Positions 29,362-41,278 of a stretch of DNA of 43,499 bases are shown in pieces; within the stretch, counting starts at the first letter, position 1; every line of letters starts with the position of its first letter. Source of the stretch: Sulfurimonas sp. (GTDB lineage Bacteria > Campylobacterota > Campylobacteria > Campylobacterales > Sulfurimonadaceae); assembly GCF_027056685.1 (NCBI RefSeq), contig NZ_JALUKE010000007.1, positions 1 to 43,499 of the forward strand. The letters are read 5' to 3'. Made by a program: the position numbers and the translations under genes. A model generated the notes under the pieces. The model ran no database searches, was not told the DNA's origin, and saw nothing but the letters and a program-made list of their open reading frames with translations.

Positions 29362-31779
29362 ATGAAATTGAGTAATTATGGAGAATTTCCTGCTGATATT
29401 CCGGTAATAGCAGAAGATGAACTTTTTTTATACCCATTTATGATATCACCACTTTTTTTAAGTGATAAAGAGAACATAAACGCAGCAACAAAAGCTATAG
29501 ATAACAACTCTCTTGTTATTGTCTGTACAAGTAAAGCAGGACATGAAGGTGAAAGAGATTTTGATGCTTTATATGATACGGGCGTTGTTGGCTCTATTAT
29601 GCGTAAGGTTTCTTTACCTGATGGAAGAGTAAAAGTACTTTTTCAAGGACTTGCTCGTGCAAAATCTCTTTATCAGGTTTCACAAAATCCTCTTATAGCA
29701 CATGTTGATATAATTGAGTCTTCAGATGTTGATGCACTTAAGGCTGATGCAATTTTAGAAGTAGTGCGAGAAAAAGTAAGAGCGCTTTCTTTGGTTAGCA
29801 ACTATTTTCCTCCTGATTTACTAAGAACTATAGAAGAAAATCATGATCATAACCGTATTATAGATTTGATTTGTTCTACTATTAAGCTTAAAAAAGAGCA
29901 GGCATATAAACTTTTTGTGGAGAGTGATACTGAAAAAAGATTTTTGGATTTGATTGATTATCTTATTGAAGAGATAGAAGCAAATAAATTGCAAAAAGAG
30001 ATTCGCTCAAAAGTGCATTCACATATTGAAGAGGTAAATAAAGAGTACTTCTTAAAAGAGCAGATGAAGCAGATTCAGCAAGAGCTTGGTGTTGATACTT
30101 CCCGTGATGAAGAGATAGAAGAGTACAAGAAACAACTCGAAGCAAAAAAAGAGAAGATGACAGAAGATGCTTATAAAGAGATTTCTAAACAATTAGAGAG
30201 ATTTTCTCGTATGCATCCCGACTCTTCTGATGCTTCTATGACGCAGACCTATCTTGACTGGGTTTTAGATATTCCTTTTGGAGATTTAGCGAAAAAATCA
30301 CTTAAAATTGAAACGGTAGAAGAACAACTAAATAAAGACCACTTTTCACTTGAAAAACCAAAAGAGCGTATAGTAGAGTATTTCGCAGTAAAAGAGCTGC
30401 TTGAACTTCGTGGGATTACTGCGAAAAAAAATGCGGGGGCTATTCTCTGTTTTGCAGGACCTCCAGGCGTTGGAAAAACATCACTTGCTAACTCAATAGC
30501 AACTGCACTAAAACGTCCTCTTGTGAGAATAGCACTTGGTGGACTTGAAGATGTAAATGAACTTCGTGGTCATCGTCGTACTTATGTTGGGGCTATGCCT
30601 GGGCGTATTACTCAAGGTTTGATTGATGCTAAAAAAATAAATCCGGTGATTGTACTTGATGAGATAGATAAGATAACACGCTCACAAAGAGGTGACCCTA
30701 CCGCTGCACTTTTAGAGATATTAGATCCAGAGCAAAACAGTGAATTTCGTGACTATTATCTTAATTTTGATTTAGATTTAAGTAATGTCATTTTTATTGC
30801 CACTGCAAATGATATTGGGCGTATTCCTGCTCCACTTCGTGACAGAATGGAGTTTATTACACTCAGCTCTTACACTCCTCAGGAGAAGTTTGAAATAGCG
30901 CGTCGCTATTTAATTCCACAAGAGTTAAAAAAGCATGGACTGAAAAAAAATGAGCTTAGTATCTCTAAGCCGGCTTTAAAAGATTTAATACACTCTTATA
31001 CGCGTGAAGCGGGAGTGAGAAATTTACGCAGACGAATTGCTGAAATGTCTCGAAAAGCTGCCTTAGATATACTTAAACATCCTGAGATGAATAAGGTCAC
31101 TGTATCTATGAAAAATTTAAAAACATTTTTCGATAAAAGTATTTTTGAAATTGAGAAGACAGATAAAATACCAGTTGTGGGTGTGGTAAATGGCTTGGCT
31201 TGGACTGCGGTTGGTGGTGATGTACTTAAAATTGAGAGTATTCGCATCAAGGGAAAAGGAACGCTTCAGCTCACTGGTAGTCTTGGTGATGTGATGAAAG
31301 AGTCAGCGCGTATTGCTATGAGTGTTGTCAAAACACTTATAGATAAAAGAAAACTACGCATTTCTCAAGATAATATCCCTTTGACATTCAAAGAGAAAGA
31401 GGAGATTGTGGAAGTGGATTCTAGTGAAGTCTACAAGCGCTATGATTTACATATTCATGTTCCAGATGGAGCGACTCCAAAAGATGGACCAAGTGCTGGT
31501 ATTGCTATGGTAAGTGTTATTGCATCTATACTAAGCTCACGAAAAATCCGTTCTGAGATTGCAATGACAGGTGAGGTCTCTTTGAGCGGAGATGTACTTC
31601 CTATTGGTGGCTTAAAAGAGAAACTTATTGCAGCATATAAGGCTGAAATGACAAAAGTTTTGATTCCTGCAAAAAATTATGAGCGAGATTTAGAAGATAT
31701 TCCAAAAGAGGTGCAAGAAGCGCTTGAGATTGTTCCTGTTAAAAGAGTTGAAGAGGTTTTAAAACAAGTTCTTGTATAG
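29362..31779 (+). CDS. lon: Lon protease
   Basis: GPPGVGKT, RGHRRTYVGAMPG, DEIDK, PKDGPSAG catalytic Ser, GGLKEK. Confidence 0.98.
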   Translation: MKLSNYGEFPADIPVIAEDELFLYPFMISPLFLSDKENINAATKAIDNNSLVIVCTSKAGHEGERDFDALYDTGVVGSIMRKVSLPDGRVKVLFQGLARAKSLYQVSQNPLIAHVDIIESSDVDALKADAILEVVREKVRALSLVSNYFPPDLLRTIEENHDHNRIIDLICSTIKLKKEQAYKLFVESDTEKRFLDLIDYLIEEIEANKLQKEIRSKVHSHIEEVNKEYFLKEQMKQIQQELGVDTSRDEEIEEYKKQLEAKKEKMTEDAYKEISKQLERFSRMHPDSSDASMTQTYLDWVLDIPFGDLAKKSLKIETVEEQLNKDHFSLEKPKERIVEYFAVKELLELRGITAKKNAGAILCFAGPPGVGKTSLANSIATALKRPLVRIALGGLEDVNELRGHRRTYVGAMPGRITQGLIDAKKINPVIVLDEIDKITRSQRGDPTAALLEILDPEQNSEFRDYYLNFDLDLSNVIFIATANDIGRIPAPLRDRMEFITLSSYTPQEKFEIARRYLIPQELKKHGLKKNELSISKPALKDLIHSYTREAGVRNLRRRIAEMSRKAALDILKHPEMNKVTVSMKNLKTFFDKSIFEIEKTDKIPVVGVVNGLAWTAVGGDVLKIESIRIKGKGTLQLTGSLGDVMKESARIAMSVVKTLIDKRKLRISQDNIPLTFKEKEEIVEVDSSEVYKRYDLHIHVPDGATPKDGPSAGIAMVSVIASILSSRKIRSEIAMTGEVSLSGDVLPIGGLKEKLIAAYKAEMTKVLIPAKNYERDLEDIPKEVQEALEIVPVKRVEEVLKQVLV

Positions 31780-31786
31780 AACTTGT

Positions 31787-32164
31787 TTAGAGTATGACTG
31801 TTGCCATCTTTTTGAGTAGGTCGTCATTTCGAATGGGCTTCATAAGAAAACCATTTGCACCTGATTCGAGTGCCTCATTTTTTTTCGTTTCATCCGTTGT
31901 TAAAACAATAATAGGAAGTTGACGAAGGCTGTCGTCTGCTCTTACAACTTTTAGCATCTCGATGCCGTTCATTATGGGCATTATAATGTCTAAAAGTATT
32001 AAGTCTATATCATCTCTTGCTTTGAGTAATCCAATGGCATCAGAGCCATTTTTTGCTTCTACAACTTCTTTGACATGACTATTTTTCATCAGCATAGATT
32101 TTAAAAGTTTCAAATTAATTATATCATCATCTACTGCTAGGACGACCAAATCAGTTCTTTGCAT
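31787..32164 (-). CDS. Single-domain response regulator
   Basis: VDDD, LLDIIMP.MNG, PIIVLT, KP. Confidence 0.92.
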   Translation of the reverse strand: MQRTDLVVLAVDDDIINLKLLKSMLMKNSHVKEVVEAKNGSDAIGLLKARDDIDLILLDIIMPIMNGIEMLKVVRADDSLRQLPIIVLTTDETKKNEALESGANGFLMKPIRNDDLLKKMATVIL

Positions 32165-32174
32165 CTATTTTCCT

Positions 32175-35100
32175 TTATATAAATTTTTCAATAACTAAAC
32201 GCAGTAAGTCTTTATTTACTATATTGCGTATGCTTTCATGCACATAAGCTATATCTTCACCACTGTTGTCATCGTTATTCATTAAAACAAGGTATGTTGG
32301 TAAATTACTCTTTTGACTTGCTGATTTAACAAGTTTTGAAAATGCTTCAATATTTAGATTTTGTAACTCTTTGTCAAAAAGAATAACTCTGTAATTGTTG
32401 TCTGCAATCATACTTTCTAATTCTGCAGTAGTGTTAGCAACATCATAGCTATAGCCGAGTGAGTCTAAAACTTTTTGAAAGAGTTTTGTTTCAAAAAGAC
32501 TTTTCTTAGCAAGGATTATATCTGCTTTGTACTCCTGTTTTTGTCTCTGCTGAGGTATCTGTTCTTCTTCCTCTACCTCCGCTTCTTCTACCTCTAGTAA
32601 TGCTTCTTCCTCTACTATCTCTTGTTCTTCTCCTGCAGCTTCTGTTTTCTCTACTTTTACTTCTTTTTCTGTTACTGCTTCTTCTACCTCTTCTACTTCT
32701 GCTACTTCTGCTACTGCTGTTTCAGGCTCAATTTTAATTTCTGGTTCTTCTCTCACATCTATGATTTTATCAGATAAAAATTGTGTCAATAGCAGTACGA
32801 TCTCAGAACGCACAAGTGGTTTTGTGGTGTATTCATCAAGACCAGCTTCTATAAATCTTTCCCTATCGCCTTTAAGGGCATTTGCTGTTAGTGCAATAAT
32901 AGGAACATGAATCCTATGGTAATCCTCTTCAAACTCTAAAATCTCTTTTGTCGCTTCAATACCGTCAAGGAATGGCATTTGAATATCCATAAATATAAGA
33001 TCAAAATCACCATCTTTACGCTTTTGGAAAGCTTCAAGTCCATTGGATGCAATACTAACTGTAAGACCTAAATCTTCAAGTGTTCTTTTTATCAATTTTT
33101 GATTGATAATATTGTCCTCAGCAACTAAAACTTTTGCATTAAATTTTGCAGATTCCATATCAATAGTTGTTGGAATTTTTCTCTCTTGTGTTACAGCTGT
33201 AAAATTCTCGCTTTGGTAACTTTCAAGTGCACTTTTTAATTTTGTATTGTTGAGTGGTTCATAGAGTGTTTTAAATATTTCAATACCGAAACTCTCAATA
33301 GTTTTCATATAAAACGACTTTGTGATTAAAATTAGTTTCTGGCGAAGAGATGCATACTCTTTAAGCTCTTTTTCACTACAGTGTTCATAATCAATAAAAA
33401 GTAAATCATAGTTAATCTGTTTTTGCAGGTTCTCTAGTTCAGCTAAATCTTTGTACTTTGTATAGCTTACACCATAAAAATCAAGATACTCTAAGAGGTA
33501 ACTATCTTGTCTTTTTGTTTTATGTTCTGATTCTAAAACAAGGGCATTAATGCTTGAATAAGCCCCTTGAAGAGTCTCCCCTTTTGTCTTAATCTCTTCA
33601 AAATCAATTGTAAAGAAGAAAGTTGTTCCTTCTCCTGGTTCACTTTGTAAATCAAGTTGTCCACCCATAAGCTCAATAAATCTAGCAGAAATGGTAAGCC
33701 CTAAACCAGTACCACCATATTTACGCGTAATGGAAGTATCTGCTTGTGAAAAGGCTTCAAATATTTTTGATTTTTGCTCACTTGTAACACCAATACCGCT
33801 ATCTTGCACTTCAAATCTAACTCTTGTAATCCCCTCTTGCACTGAAGTCTGTTTTCTAATATCGACATTAATCATTCCAGAACTATTTGTGAATTTAACT
33901 GCATTTGAAAGAAGATTTATAAGCACCTCTTTAATCTTTGTTGGATCACCTTTAAGTGCTTGCTCAAGTTCTGGGTCTATAAAACAGCTTAAGTCAATCT
34001 GTTTTTCACTAGCACGAACAGAGTAGACTTCAACAGCACTTTCAAACTCTTCTATAGGATTAAAAATAATATCTTCAATCTCTAGTTTATTACTCTCAAT
34101 TTTTGAAAGGTCAAGAATATTATTGATGATTTCCAAAAGATTTTCAGAACTTTTTTCAATAATTTCAACAAATTCAGCTTGCTCTTCTTGAAGACCTGTA
34201 TCTTTCAAAAGTTCAGTAAATCCAACAATACCATTAAGTGGTGTTCGTATCTCATGTGACATATTTGCCAAAAACATTGATTTTGCTTCACTCGCTTCTT
34301 GCGCACTTTCTTTATCAAGCCGTGTTTGCTCAATAATATGTTCAAGTAGATTATAGGCTTCTTCTGTACCTTTTGCAGTGTGAAGATTTATTTCTCTTTT
34401 TTGAGAAGTGTCATTTGTGTCATCAGCAACTCTTTTTAAAACATTTTCTAGGTTAAGAATATTTCTAGCTATTTCATTAGAAAGTAAAAATCCAAAAATT
34501 GCTAAAATGACTGAAATAAGCCAAATTGTAAAGGTAATTGCGAGAAGTTGCAGAGCATCTGTTTTAATGGTGATAGCTCTTGTATCCATTGTTTCAAGGA
34601 GTATCTCTTCTGCGTTAGAAATCATATTTATTTTTTCAGAAAGCATAGCAAACCAAACACCTGCGTTTGTATCATATTTCCCTTGCGCAGCTTCAACTAA
34701 AATTGCAGCTCTTTGGCTATTTATATCTTCAAACAACTCCGTTGCATCTTCATTTTTAAAGATATTATTGAGCTTTGATACTAACATTTTATTTTTTAAA
34801 GTATCATAGTCTAAAGCATCTGCTTTTGCAATGAGTGAAATCCATTTATTAATTGATTCTTCATTTAAAGGGGTTGATTTAGCAATAGTATATGAAAGAT
34901 AGTCTCTCTCTTGTGCAGTATATTCACTTGCTCGAACAAATTCTATATATTTGTTTGTGTATTCATTAATTTTTGCATCGAGTTGTTCATTCGTAATTTT
35001 TTCAAGTTCCTTAATTGCAATATTTTGGGCTTTGGCATATACATTTTGATAAACATCTTCAAAACTTATTTTATGCTCATCTACTAATAGACGAGATTGT

Positions 35101-35438
35101 TGAATCTCTTTTAAAGCGGAACTTAGTTTACTAGGAATATTTTTGATACCTTGGAAATATTTTTTTGTTAAGGCATCTACAATTTTTCTCTGTTTTACCA
35201 AAGATTTAAGAGTCTTTGGTGAAGAGTTTCCGAGGTAAATGACGGTCATACCCTTCTCTCGAGAGATATTGATAAGTAGGTCATTAAGCTCTCTATTAGT
35301 TGAGAGCTTATTTTGTAAAAGTTGCGCAGATTTATAACTGTCGTATGAAGTATACACAAAGTAACTTGTTACAAAAAAGAGAATAATAATTGGTATTAGA
35401 CTGATAAGTCGTAATCTATTTTTTAGGCTGAGTTGCAT
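32175..35438 (-). CDS. Hybrid sensor histidine kinase (periplasmic NIT-like sensor, HisKA, HATPase, one canonical and two degenerate receivers)
   Basis: Two TMs; [15 protein letters not shown]; [10 protein letters not shown]; DSGIG; GGTGLGL; AEDN...MDIQMP...LTA...KP. Confidence 0.92.
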   Translation of the reverse strand: MQLSLKNRLRLISLIPIIILFFVTSYFVYTSYDSYKSAQLLQNKLSTNRELNDLLINISREKGMTVIYLGNSSPKTLKSLVKQRKIVDALTKKYFQGIKNIPSKLSSALKEIQQSRLLVDEHKISFEDVYQNVYAKAQNIAIKELEKITNEQLDAKINEYTNKYIEFVRASEYTAQERDYLSYTIAKSTPLNEESINKWISLIAKADALDYDTLKNKMLVSKLNNIFKNEDATELFEDINSQRAAILVEAAQGKYDTNAGVWFAMLSEKINMISNAEEILLETMDTRAITIKTDALQLLAITFTIWLISVILAIFGFLLSNEIARNILNLENVLKRVADDTNDTSQKREINLHTAKGTEEAYNLLEHIIEQTRLDKESAQEASEAKSMFLANMSHEIRTPLNGIVGFTELLKDTGLQEEQAEFVEIIEKSSENLLEIINNILDLSKIESNKLEIEDIIFNPIEEFESAVEVYSVRASEKQIDLSCFIDPELEQALKGDPTKIKEVLINLLSNAVKFTNSSGMINVDIRKQTSVQEGITRVRFEVQDSGIGVTSEQKSKIFEAFSQADTSITRKYGGTGLGLTISARFIELMGGQLDLQSEPGEGTTFFFTIDFEEIKTKGETLQGAYSSINALVLESEHKTKRQDSYLLEYLDFYGVSYTKYKDLAELENLQKQINYDLLFIDYEHCSEKELKEYASLRQKLILITKSFYMKTIESFGIEIFKTLYEPLNNTKLKSALESYQSENFTAVTQERKIPTTIDMESAKFNAKVLVAEDNIINQKLIKRTLEDLGLTVSIASNGLEAFQKRKDGDFDLIFMDIQMPFLDGIEATKEILEFEEDYHRIHVPIIALTANALKGDRERFIEAGLDEYTTKPLVRSEIVLLLTQFLSDKIIDVREEPEIKIEPETAVAEVAEVEEVEEAVTEKEVKVEKTEAAGEEQEIVEEEALLEVEEAEVEEEEQIPQQRQKQEYKADIILAKKSLFETKLFQKVLDSLGYSYDVANTTAELESMIADNNYRVILFDKELQNLNIEAFSKLVKSASQKSNLPTYLVLMNNDDNSGEDIAYVHESIRNIVNKDLLRLVIEKFI

Positions 35439-35440
35439 TG

Positions 35441-36949
35441 TTAAGCTCCTATTTTTGATAATTGGTTTATTATATCTTGAATTTTATGAATGAGTTTGAG
35501 TGACTTTTCTTGATTTGTTGAGTGTGTAAGTGCTTCAAGATCACTATTAAAGCTATTTATTCGCATATTTTCACTCATTCCTTTGAGTTTCATTACCTCA
35601 AAATTAACGAGGTCAAAGTTGTTATTTTCAGTGGCATCTTGCATCTCTTTGATAAGTATATTCGTTTCATAAATATAATCATTAAACACTTCTTTAAAGC
35701 TTTCAATATCAAGCCCAATTTCATTTGCCACCTTCTCTTTTGAATAGCTAATTTCAATAGTTTCTTGTGCTATTTTTGGAACTATTTCTTGAGCTTCATC
35801 TTTAAATGTAAGTGAAAGTTCTTCTTCTTTTTTTGCTTCTTCTTTCTCTTCTTTCTCTTCTTTCTCTTCTTTCTCTTCTTTCTCTTCTTCCTGAATTTCT
35901 ATAGGCTCTTGAATAACATTATCTTCATCATCTTTAAATTCAAGTGAAAATTCTTCTTGTTTCTCTTCTTGTGCTTGTGCTTGTTCTGCTTCAACTGTAA
36001 CTACTTCATCAATCTCTTCACCAGCTAATTTAGCAATGATTTTATAAAACAAATCTAAGTTACTTTGAATCACTGAAATGTCAGGAGTAGTATTAATGAG
36101 TGCGAGAACTTCAAATGCGTCCTCAATCCTTAGGTTTGCAGCAACACCTTTGAGTTTATGAGACAAGGTTTTAACATTGTCAATATCTCCATCATTTAGT
36201 GAAGTATAAAGTTCTGATTTAAAATCTCTAGCCTGTGCTATAAAATCTTGGATAAACTCTTCTATTAAATCAAGTGGTAGACCTAACTCTTTTGAAGCTA
36301 CTTCCGGGTTGTAGATATATCCATTGTTAACTTCTTCTTTTTTATGAACTTTGCTTGGAGGTGTGACACTAGGTTCTTCTTCTAAATCAATGTCAAGTTT
36401 TATATCATTTATATCTTCTACAGCAGGGACTTCTTGAACATTCTCCTGCACACTTTCTTGGACTTGAGGTATAAATTCATCTATATTATTGTTCACATCT
36501 TCTGGAAGCAATATATCTTGTACTGGTTCATGAACTGGTTTTACTATAGGTTTGTGATGTATTGGAGTAGGCTTTTGTAAAATATCATCATGAATATGCT
36601 CAACTTCTCTATCAGATAAAACTCTTAAATTGTTGAGATGAATAAGATATGCTTTTTCTATTGGATTATCGCTGAGATAAGCATAGGAAATTAATAGATT
36701 GGCGGTAAAGTTTTTTTCATTTGCATTAATAATAACTTTTTGTATTTCACCATCATCTGCACAATCAATAAAATCTATCCAGTGTACATGTTGAAAATTA
36801 TGAATATAACCAGGTGTTTTTACAAATAAATCAGCAAAATCTGTTACCTCACTTCTTAATGAAGATAGATCTTGATAGCCTAGCTCTTGCAGGTCTTTGG
36901 CATCTATACCTAAAAATTCTTTTTGAAAATTATATATTAACATTGCCAC
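35441..36949 (-). CDS. Protein with two Hpt-like domains and acidic linkers
   Basis: [11 protein letters not shown] (canonical Hpt); second copy [11 protein letters not shown] lacks the His. Confidence 0.8.
   Translation of the reverse strand: MAMLIYNFQKEFLGIDAKDLQELGYQDLSSLRSEVTDFADLFVKTPGYIHNFQHVHWIDFIDCADDGEIQKVIINANEKNFTANLLISYAYLSDNPIEKAYLIHLNNLRVLSDREVEHIHDDILQKPTPIHHKPIVKPVHEPVQDILLPEDVNNNIDEFIPQVQESVQENVQEVPAVEDINDIKLDIDLEEEPSVTPPSKVHKKEEVNNGYIYNPEVASKELGLPLDLIEEFIQDFIAQARDFKSELYTSLNDGDIDNVKTLSHKLKGVAANLRIEDAFEVLALINTTPDISVIQSNLDLFYKIIAKLAGEEIDEVVTVEAEQAQAQEEKQEEFSLEFKDDEDNVIQEPIEIQEEEKEEKEEKEEKEEKEEAKKEEELSLTFKDEAQEIVPKIAQETIEISYSKEKVANEIGLDIESFKEVFNDYIYETNILIKEMQDATENNNFDLVNFEVMKLKGMSENMRINSFNSDLEALTHSTNQEKSLKLIHKIQDIINQLSKIGA
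35840..35884. repeat. In-frame tandem repeat (TTCTTTCTC)x5 encoding EKE repeats
   Basis: Five perfect 9-nt copies read directly. Confidence 0.9.
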
Positions 36950-36952
36950 TCC

Positions 36953-37366
36953 TTACTTTTGCGTCTCTAACATTTTTTGATAAATCTCTTCATTTTCTTG
37001 AATATCTTTTCTTGAAGCGGATTTCCTTGCTGCTATGTAACCTATGACTTCATCATTCTCATCCCGTATGGGAAGTATTTCTGTCTCCACCCAATAGTAA
37101 AGACCATCTTTACGCAGGTTTTTTATAAGTCCGTTCCAAACTTGTCCGGTTTGAATAGTCTCCCACATCTTTTTAAATACCTCTTTTGGCATATCCGGAT
37201 GTCTGAGAATATTGTGTGCTTGCCCTATTAGTTCATCCTTTTCATATCCTGAAACCTTAAAAAAAACTCTGTTTCCATATGTAATAACACCTTTCAAATC
37301 TGTTTGGCTAATGATCACATCGTCATCAAAAAAATACTCTTTATCTTTTGGAATAACCTTACTCAT
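36953..37366 (-). CDS. Stand-alone Aer-type PAS domain protein
   Basis: ISQTDLKGVITY.N..F..VSGY..ELIG..HNILRHPDMP...W...KN.RKDG.YYWV. Confidence 0.9.
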   Translation of the reverse strand: MSKVIPKDKEYFFDDDVIISQTDLKGVITYGNRVFFKVSGYEKDELIGQAHNILRHPDMPKEVFKKMWETIQTGQVWNGLIKNLRKDGLYYWVETEILPIRDENDEVIGYIAARKSASRKDIQENEEIYQKMLETQK

Positions 37367-37435
37367 AAAAAAACCTTATAATTGCTTGAACTATTAATCT
37401 ATCACAAATATATCATAAAGGGATAAAAAAAAAAC

Positions 37436-39238
37436 TTATTTATAAATATTTTTGATGGTTTTTGCATCTTTTGTATTTAAAAGTGAAGAAATATCATCTT
37501 GGGTAACATTTTTGAGTGCTTCAAAAGTCCCAAAATGGTTTAAAAGTTTTTGTACTTTTGCTGGTGAAATTCCATTTAGGTTAAGCAGTTTACTCTCTTG
37601 GTCGAGTTTGAGCTTGGTTTTTTTATGAAAAGTGATGGCTGCTCTATGTGATTCATCTCGTAAATTTTGAACAAATTGTAATCTTTTGTCGCTATTTTTT
37701 AGCCGAAAAGCTTCCTCTTTTGTGTAGATAATATCATTTGCTTTTCCTTTGGCACGATGTGCCTTTGCATCAACTTTTTCTTTAGAAATAGCAATTACAT
37801 CTAAAAAAACGCCATTTGATTCTAAAATTTCTAAAGCAAGCTTAAGAAGCGTTGCGCCACCATCGAGTATCCATAAATCTGGTGGAGAATTTTTAGCAAA
37901 ACTTGCAACGCGCCGAGAGAGCGTTTCTCGCATCTGTGCATATTCATCTTTTGCGTTTAGATGATAAGTTCTGTAAGATTTCTTATCAAATCTGCCATTT
38001 TCATAGACAATCATAGCGCCTACAGTAGCTACTCCTGCCATATGTGAATTGTCAAAGGTCTCAATTCTTAGAGGAACTCTTTCTAGTTTGCATAAATCTT
38101 GAATGTCTTCTAAAATTTCAGTGTTAGATATATTTGTTTCTCTTGAGAGTAACTCTGCTGCGTTTAGTTTTGCAAGAGTAATTAAATCTTTTTTCTTGCC
38201 TCTTTGTGGTACAGATATAGAGGCTTTTTTTTCAAATATTTTGCTTAAATGTGCTTCTATAAGTGCCAAGTCATCAAACATATCAGCAACTAAAATAGGT
38301 GCAACAATAGGGGGCTTTTCATCTTTGTAAAAATCAATCAAGGCACGAGAATAGGCCTCATTTATATTAAATTCTTCATTTATGTTTATATAATTATGGG
38401 TAGAGGATATAATTTTACCGTGACGCATAAATATACGAACAACGACGGCACGCTTAGGGGAGTGCTCTATGACAAAAATATCATAATTTTCATCTGTTGC
38501 AAAATCTATGTCACTTTTAATCTCTGAACGCTCAATCCTCTCTATTCTATCGCGCAGTTCACCTGCCTCCTCAAAACGCAACTCCTGGGCATAAAAGTTC
38601 ATTCTCTCTTTGAGCTTTTTTGTTAAAAATGTTTTGTTTTTAATGAGTTTTGTAGCTAAATCAATCTCTTTTTGATAACGCTCTTTTGAAACTGGAAGTT
38701 CACATGGACCTAAACATTTCTCTATTTGATAGTATAAACAGAGTTTTTTTGATTTAAGAGAACCCTTTTTTTGAACAAGCTTACAGATTTCATAGATAGA
38801 GTTTAAAATATCTCTTGCACCAACAGAATAGGGACCAAAGTAGGTAATGTCTTTACTCTTTATAATTTTTCTTGTTATTTCAAAACGGGGATACTCCTGA
38901 GAGTTGTCAATATAAATATAGGGGTAGGTTTTATCATCTCTTAAAAGTATATTGTACTTTGGATTGAGTTGCTTGATAAGAGAGTTTTCAAGAATGAGTG
39001 CATCATGTTCGGAGTTTACGACGATGTAATTCATGGAAACTGTCTGCTCTATCATCTTTTTTATTCGCACAGAAAGGTTTGTATTTGCTCCTAATTTTGG
39101 TGTAAATTTCCAGTAACTTTTTACTCTGTTGGCAAGATTTTTTGCCTTGCCAACATATAAAAGGTGACCATTCTTATCGAAGTATTGGTAAATTCCCGCA
39201 GAAGAGGGGAGCTGTTTAATCGTCTCTAACAGTTGCAT
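37436..39238 (-). CDS. uvrC: Excinuclease ABC subunit C
   Basis: GIY-YIG (GIYQY...YVGKAKNL), [36 protein letters not shown], HhH. Confidence 0.97.
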   Translation of the reverse strand: MQLLETIKQLPSSAGIYQYFDKNGHLLYVGKAKNLANRVKSYWKFTPKLGANTNLSVRIKKMIEQTVSMNYIVVNSEHDALILENSLIKQLNPKYNILLRDDKTYPYIYIDNSQEYPRFEITRKIIKSKDITYFGPYSVGARDILNSIYEICKLVQKKGSLKSKKLCLYYQIEKCLGPCELPVSKERYQKEIDLATKLIKNKTFLTKKLKERMNFYAQELRFEEAGELRDRIERIERSEIKSDIDFATDENYDIFVIEHSPKRAVVVRIFMRHGKIISSTHNYININEEFNINEAYSRALIDFYKDEKPPIVAPILVADMFDDLALIEAHLSKIFEKKASISVPQRGKKKDLITLAKLNAAELLSRETNISNTEILEDIQDLCKLERVPLRIETFDNSHMAGVATVGAMIVYENGRFDKKSYRTYHLNAKDEYAQMRETLSRRVASFAKNSPPDLWILDGGATLLKLALEILESNGVFLDVIAISKEKVDAKAHRAKGKANDIIYTKEEAFRLKNSDKRLQFVQNLRDESHRAAITFHKKTKLKLDQESKLLNLNGISPAKVQKLLNHFGTFEALKNVTQDDISSLLNTKDAKTIKNIYK

Positions 39239-39671
39239 TTTTCTCTTTTATAATGTTTTGAATAGACTCTACAAGCGATTTTAGTTCTTGGTTATGAATG
39301 TTTATTTCAAACTCTCCACTTGAACGCTCTGGGTATATTTGCGGTTCTTTCTTCTCTAATTTGAATACTTTTGTAGGAGAATGTGTTACAAATGCTTTAA
39401 TATCTTGGATGTTATCTGCCTGACACTCATCAGGATTATAGAACTTTAAAGCACTTTTAATGCTTTGTATATTATTATCAAACTCTTGTTTGGCACCTGG
39501 GTGGTTGAGTACAAAGAATAGTGTGTTGTTTTTAATGTAAGCAAACTTGACCATTCTTTGTAAAGGTGGCGAAAATAACGACTGTATCCTAGAGATGCAT
39601 TTATAGTGCGAAAGCTTAGAAAACTGAGGTTTATTTTGAAGAGAATTAAGAATATCGCTAACATTTTTCAT
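39216..39671 (-). CDS. Conserved hypothetical protein, possibly DUF721/DciA-like
   Basis: [19 protein letters not shown] pattern resembles DUF721; overlaps the uvrC start. Confidence 0.55.
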   Translation of the reverse strand: MKNVSDILNSLQNKPQFSKLSHYKCISRIQSLFSPPLQRMVKFAYIKNNTLFFVLNHPGAKQEFDNNIQSIKSALKFYNPDECQADNIQDIKAFVTHSPTKVFKLEKKEPQIYPERSSGEFEINIHNQELKSLVESIQNIIKEKNATVRDD

Positions 39672-39830
39672 CTGTTAATTATAGCAGGCTTTTTCTTATG
39701 TTTTAGTGGATGTGGCTATAAAGCTAATCCATATTACGAAGAGGATAAAGGCTTTAGCGATAAAAATGTGAAGTTTATAATTCAAAAAAAAGAGTTACAA
39801 AAAGATAATAATGCGAGTTGCAGCCAATGA
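39636..39830 (+). CDS. Small lipoprotein
   Basis: Lipobox FSG/CGYKANP; probable TTG start at 39636 (GAGG at 39626-39629); stop overlaps the nadB ATG. Confidence 0.65.
   Translation: MKRIKNIANIFHLLIIAGFFLCFSGCGYKANPYYEEDKGFSDKNVKFIIQKKELQKDNNASCSQ
39678..39686 (-). promoter_or_regulatory. Extended -10 promoter placed for a leaderless transcript
   Basis: TGCTATAAT-taacag-ATG (39671). Confidence 0.6.
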
Positions 39831-41278
39831 TAAGATATGATGTAATAATAATAGGAGCAGGCGTAGCAGGACTTTATGCTGCTATGAATTTGCCAAAAGA
39901 TAAAAAAATCCTGCTTATTAATAAGCGTGAAACTTTCAAATGCAATACCTTTTATGCACAAGGTGGTGTAGCTCTTGCTCGCGATAAAGCAGATATACCT
40001 TTTCATATAAAAGATACACTTGAAGCAGGTGCAGGCTTATGCGACACGGATGCTGTAAATGTTTTGAGTGAAAATTCACGCAAGGCTATTGATGATTTAA
40101 TAGCACACGGATTTGAATTTGACAGAGATGAAAATGATAAACTTCTCTATACTAAAGAAGCCGCACACTCATGTGAGCGTATTTTGCATGCTGGTGGTGA
40201 TGCAACTGGAAGATATTTACACTACTTTTTGCTGCAACAAAACAGACATGCTATGCTTGGTGATGCAAGAGTTGTTGATTTACTCATTAAAGATGGAGAG
40301 TGTTATGGTGTTACTCTGCTTGAACATAGAGAGAGACGAAATATTTATGCTAAAAATGTCATTATAGCGAGTGGTGGTGTTGGCTCCCTTTTTGAGTACC
40401 ATACCAATGCACCCTGCATTAGTGCAGATATGCAAGGACTTTGTGTGATGAAAGGCATAGCACTCGATAGAATGGAGATGCTGCAATTTCATCCAACTGT
40501 CTTTGTAAACTCTACAAATGCACAAAAGATGCTGCTTACAGAAGCACTTCGTGGTGAGGGTGCAACAATGGAAGATGAAAATGGTAGAAGATTTTTATTT
40601 GATTATGATGAGAGAGGAGAGCTTGCTTCTCGTGATATTGTCTCAAAAGCGATGTATCACTACTCAAGAAAAACAGGATTGAAAATATACTTGAATTTTG
40701 AAAATTTTGATGAAGAGTATTTTGCACACCGTTTTCCAAATATCTATAAAAACTTACGAAGCTTAGGCTACAAAGTACCACAACAGCGAGTGCCAATTTC
40801 TCCTGCGTTTCACTATGCCATTGGTGGTATAAAAACAGATTTGGATGCAAAAGTGCCAAGTGTAAAAAATTTGTATGCTGTTGGTGAAGTTGCATCTACA
40901 AGAGTGCATGGTGCAAATCGTCTTGCTTCCAACTCTTTGCTTGAGGGAATGGTTTTTGCAAAAAGAGCGACTGATGATATTATGAAACATATTGATGAGC
41001 CAAAAGAAGATATGCATTTCAAGCTTGAAGATGAGGTCATGAGTCTTAAAAATGACAAGAACATAAAAAATCAGCTGCGTCATATAATGTGGGAGAATGT
41101 TTCTATAGTGAGGACAAAACGAGGATTAAATGATGCTTTAGAGACAATTAATGCTCTTTTAAATGAAAATATTGGTAAACTACTCAAATTTCGTTTACTA
41201 ACTGCAAAAGAGATAGTAACATCGGCACTTAAACGCAGTGAATCTATAGGGGTTCACACAATACAAGAGGAGAAATAA
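39827..41278 (+). CDS. nadB: L-aspartate oxidase
   Basis: GAGVAGL, AQGG, EAAHS..RILH.GGD.TG, QFHPT, EALRGEG, ELASRDIV, HGANRLASNSLLE. Confidence 0.95.
   Translation: MIRYDVIIIGAGVAGLYAAMNLPKDKKILLINKRETFKCNTFYAQGGVALARDKADIPFHIKDTLEAGAGLCDTDAVNVLSENSRKAIDDLIAHGFEFDRDENDKLLYTKEAAHSCERILHAGGDATGRYLHYFLLQQNRHAMLGDARVVDLLIKDGECYGVTLLEHRERRNIYAKNVIIASGGVGSLFEYHTNAPCISADMQGLCVMKGIALDRMEMLQFHPTVFVNSTNAQKMLLTEALRGEGATMEDENGRRFLFDYDERGELASRDIVSKAMYHYSRKTGLKIYLNFENFDEEYFAHRFPNIYKNLRSLGYKVPQQRVPISPAFHYAIGGIKTDLDAKVPSVKNLYAVGEVASTRVHGANRLASNSLLEGMVFAKRATDDIMKHIDEPKEDMHFKLEDEVMSLKNDKNIKNQLRHIMWENVSIVRTKRGLNDALETINALLNENIGKLLKFRLLTAKEIVTSALKRSESIGVHTIQEEK

Noticed and set aside
37425-37434. A10 run between uvrC and the PAS gene as a phase-variation tract
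   Set aside because: A/T runs of this length are unremarkable in AT-rich intergenic DNA, and no long G/C tracts were seen
257-41083. Many 60-170 aa ORFs antisense to or nested in long genes (e.g. 10825-11340, 33691-34026, 34408-34809)
   Set aside because: Shadow frames of well-supported genes, with no recognisable motifs
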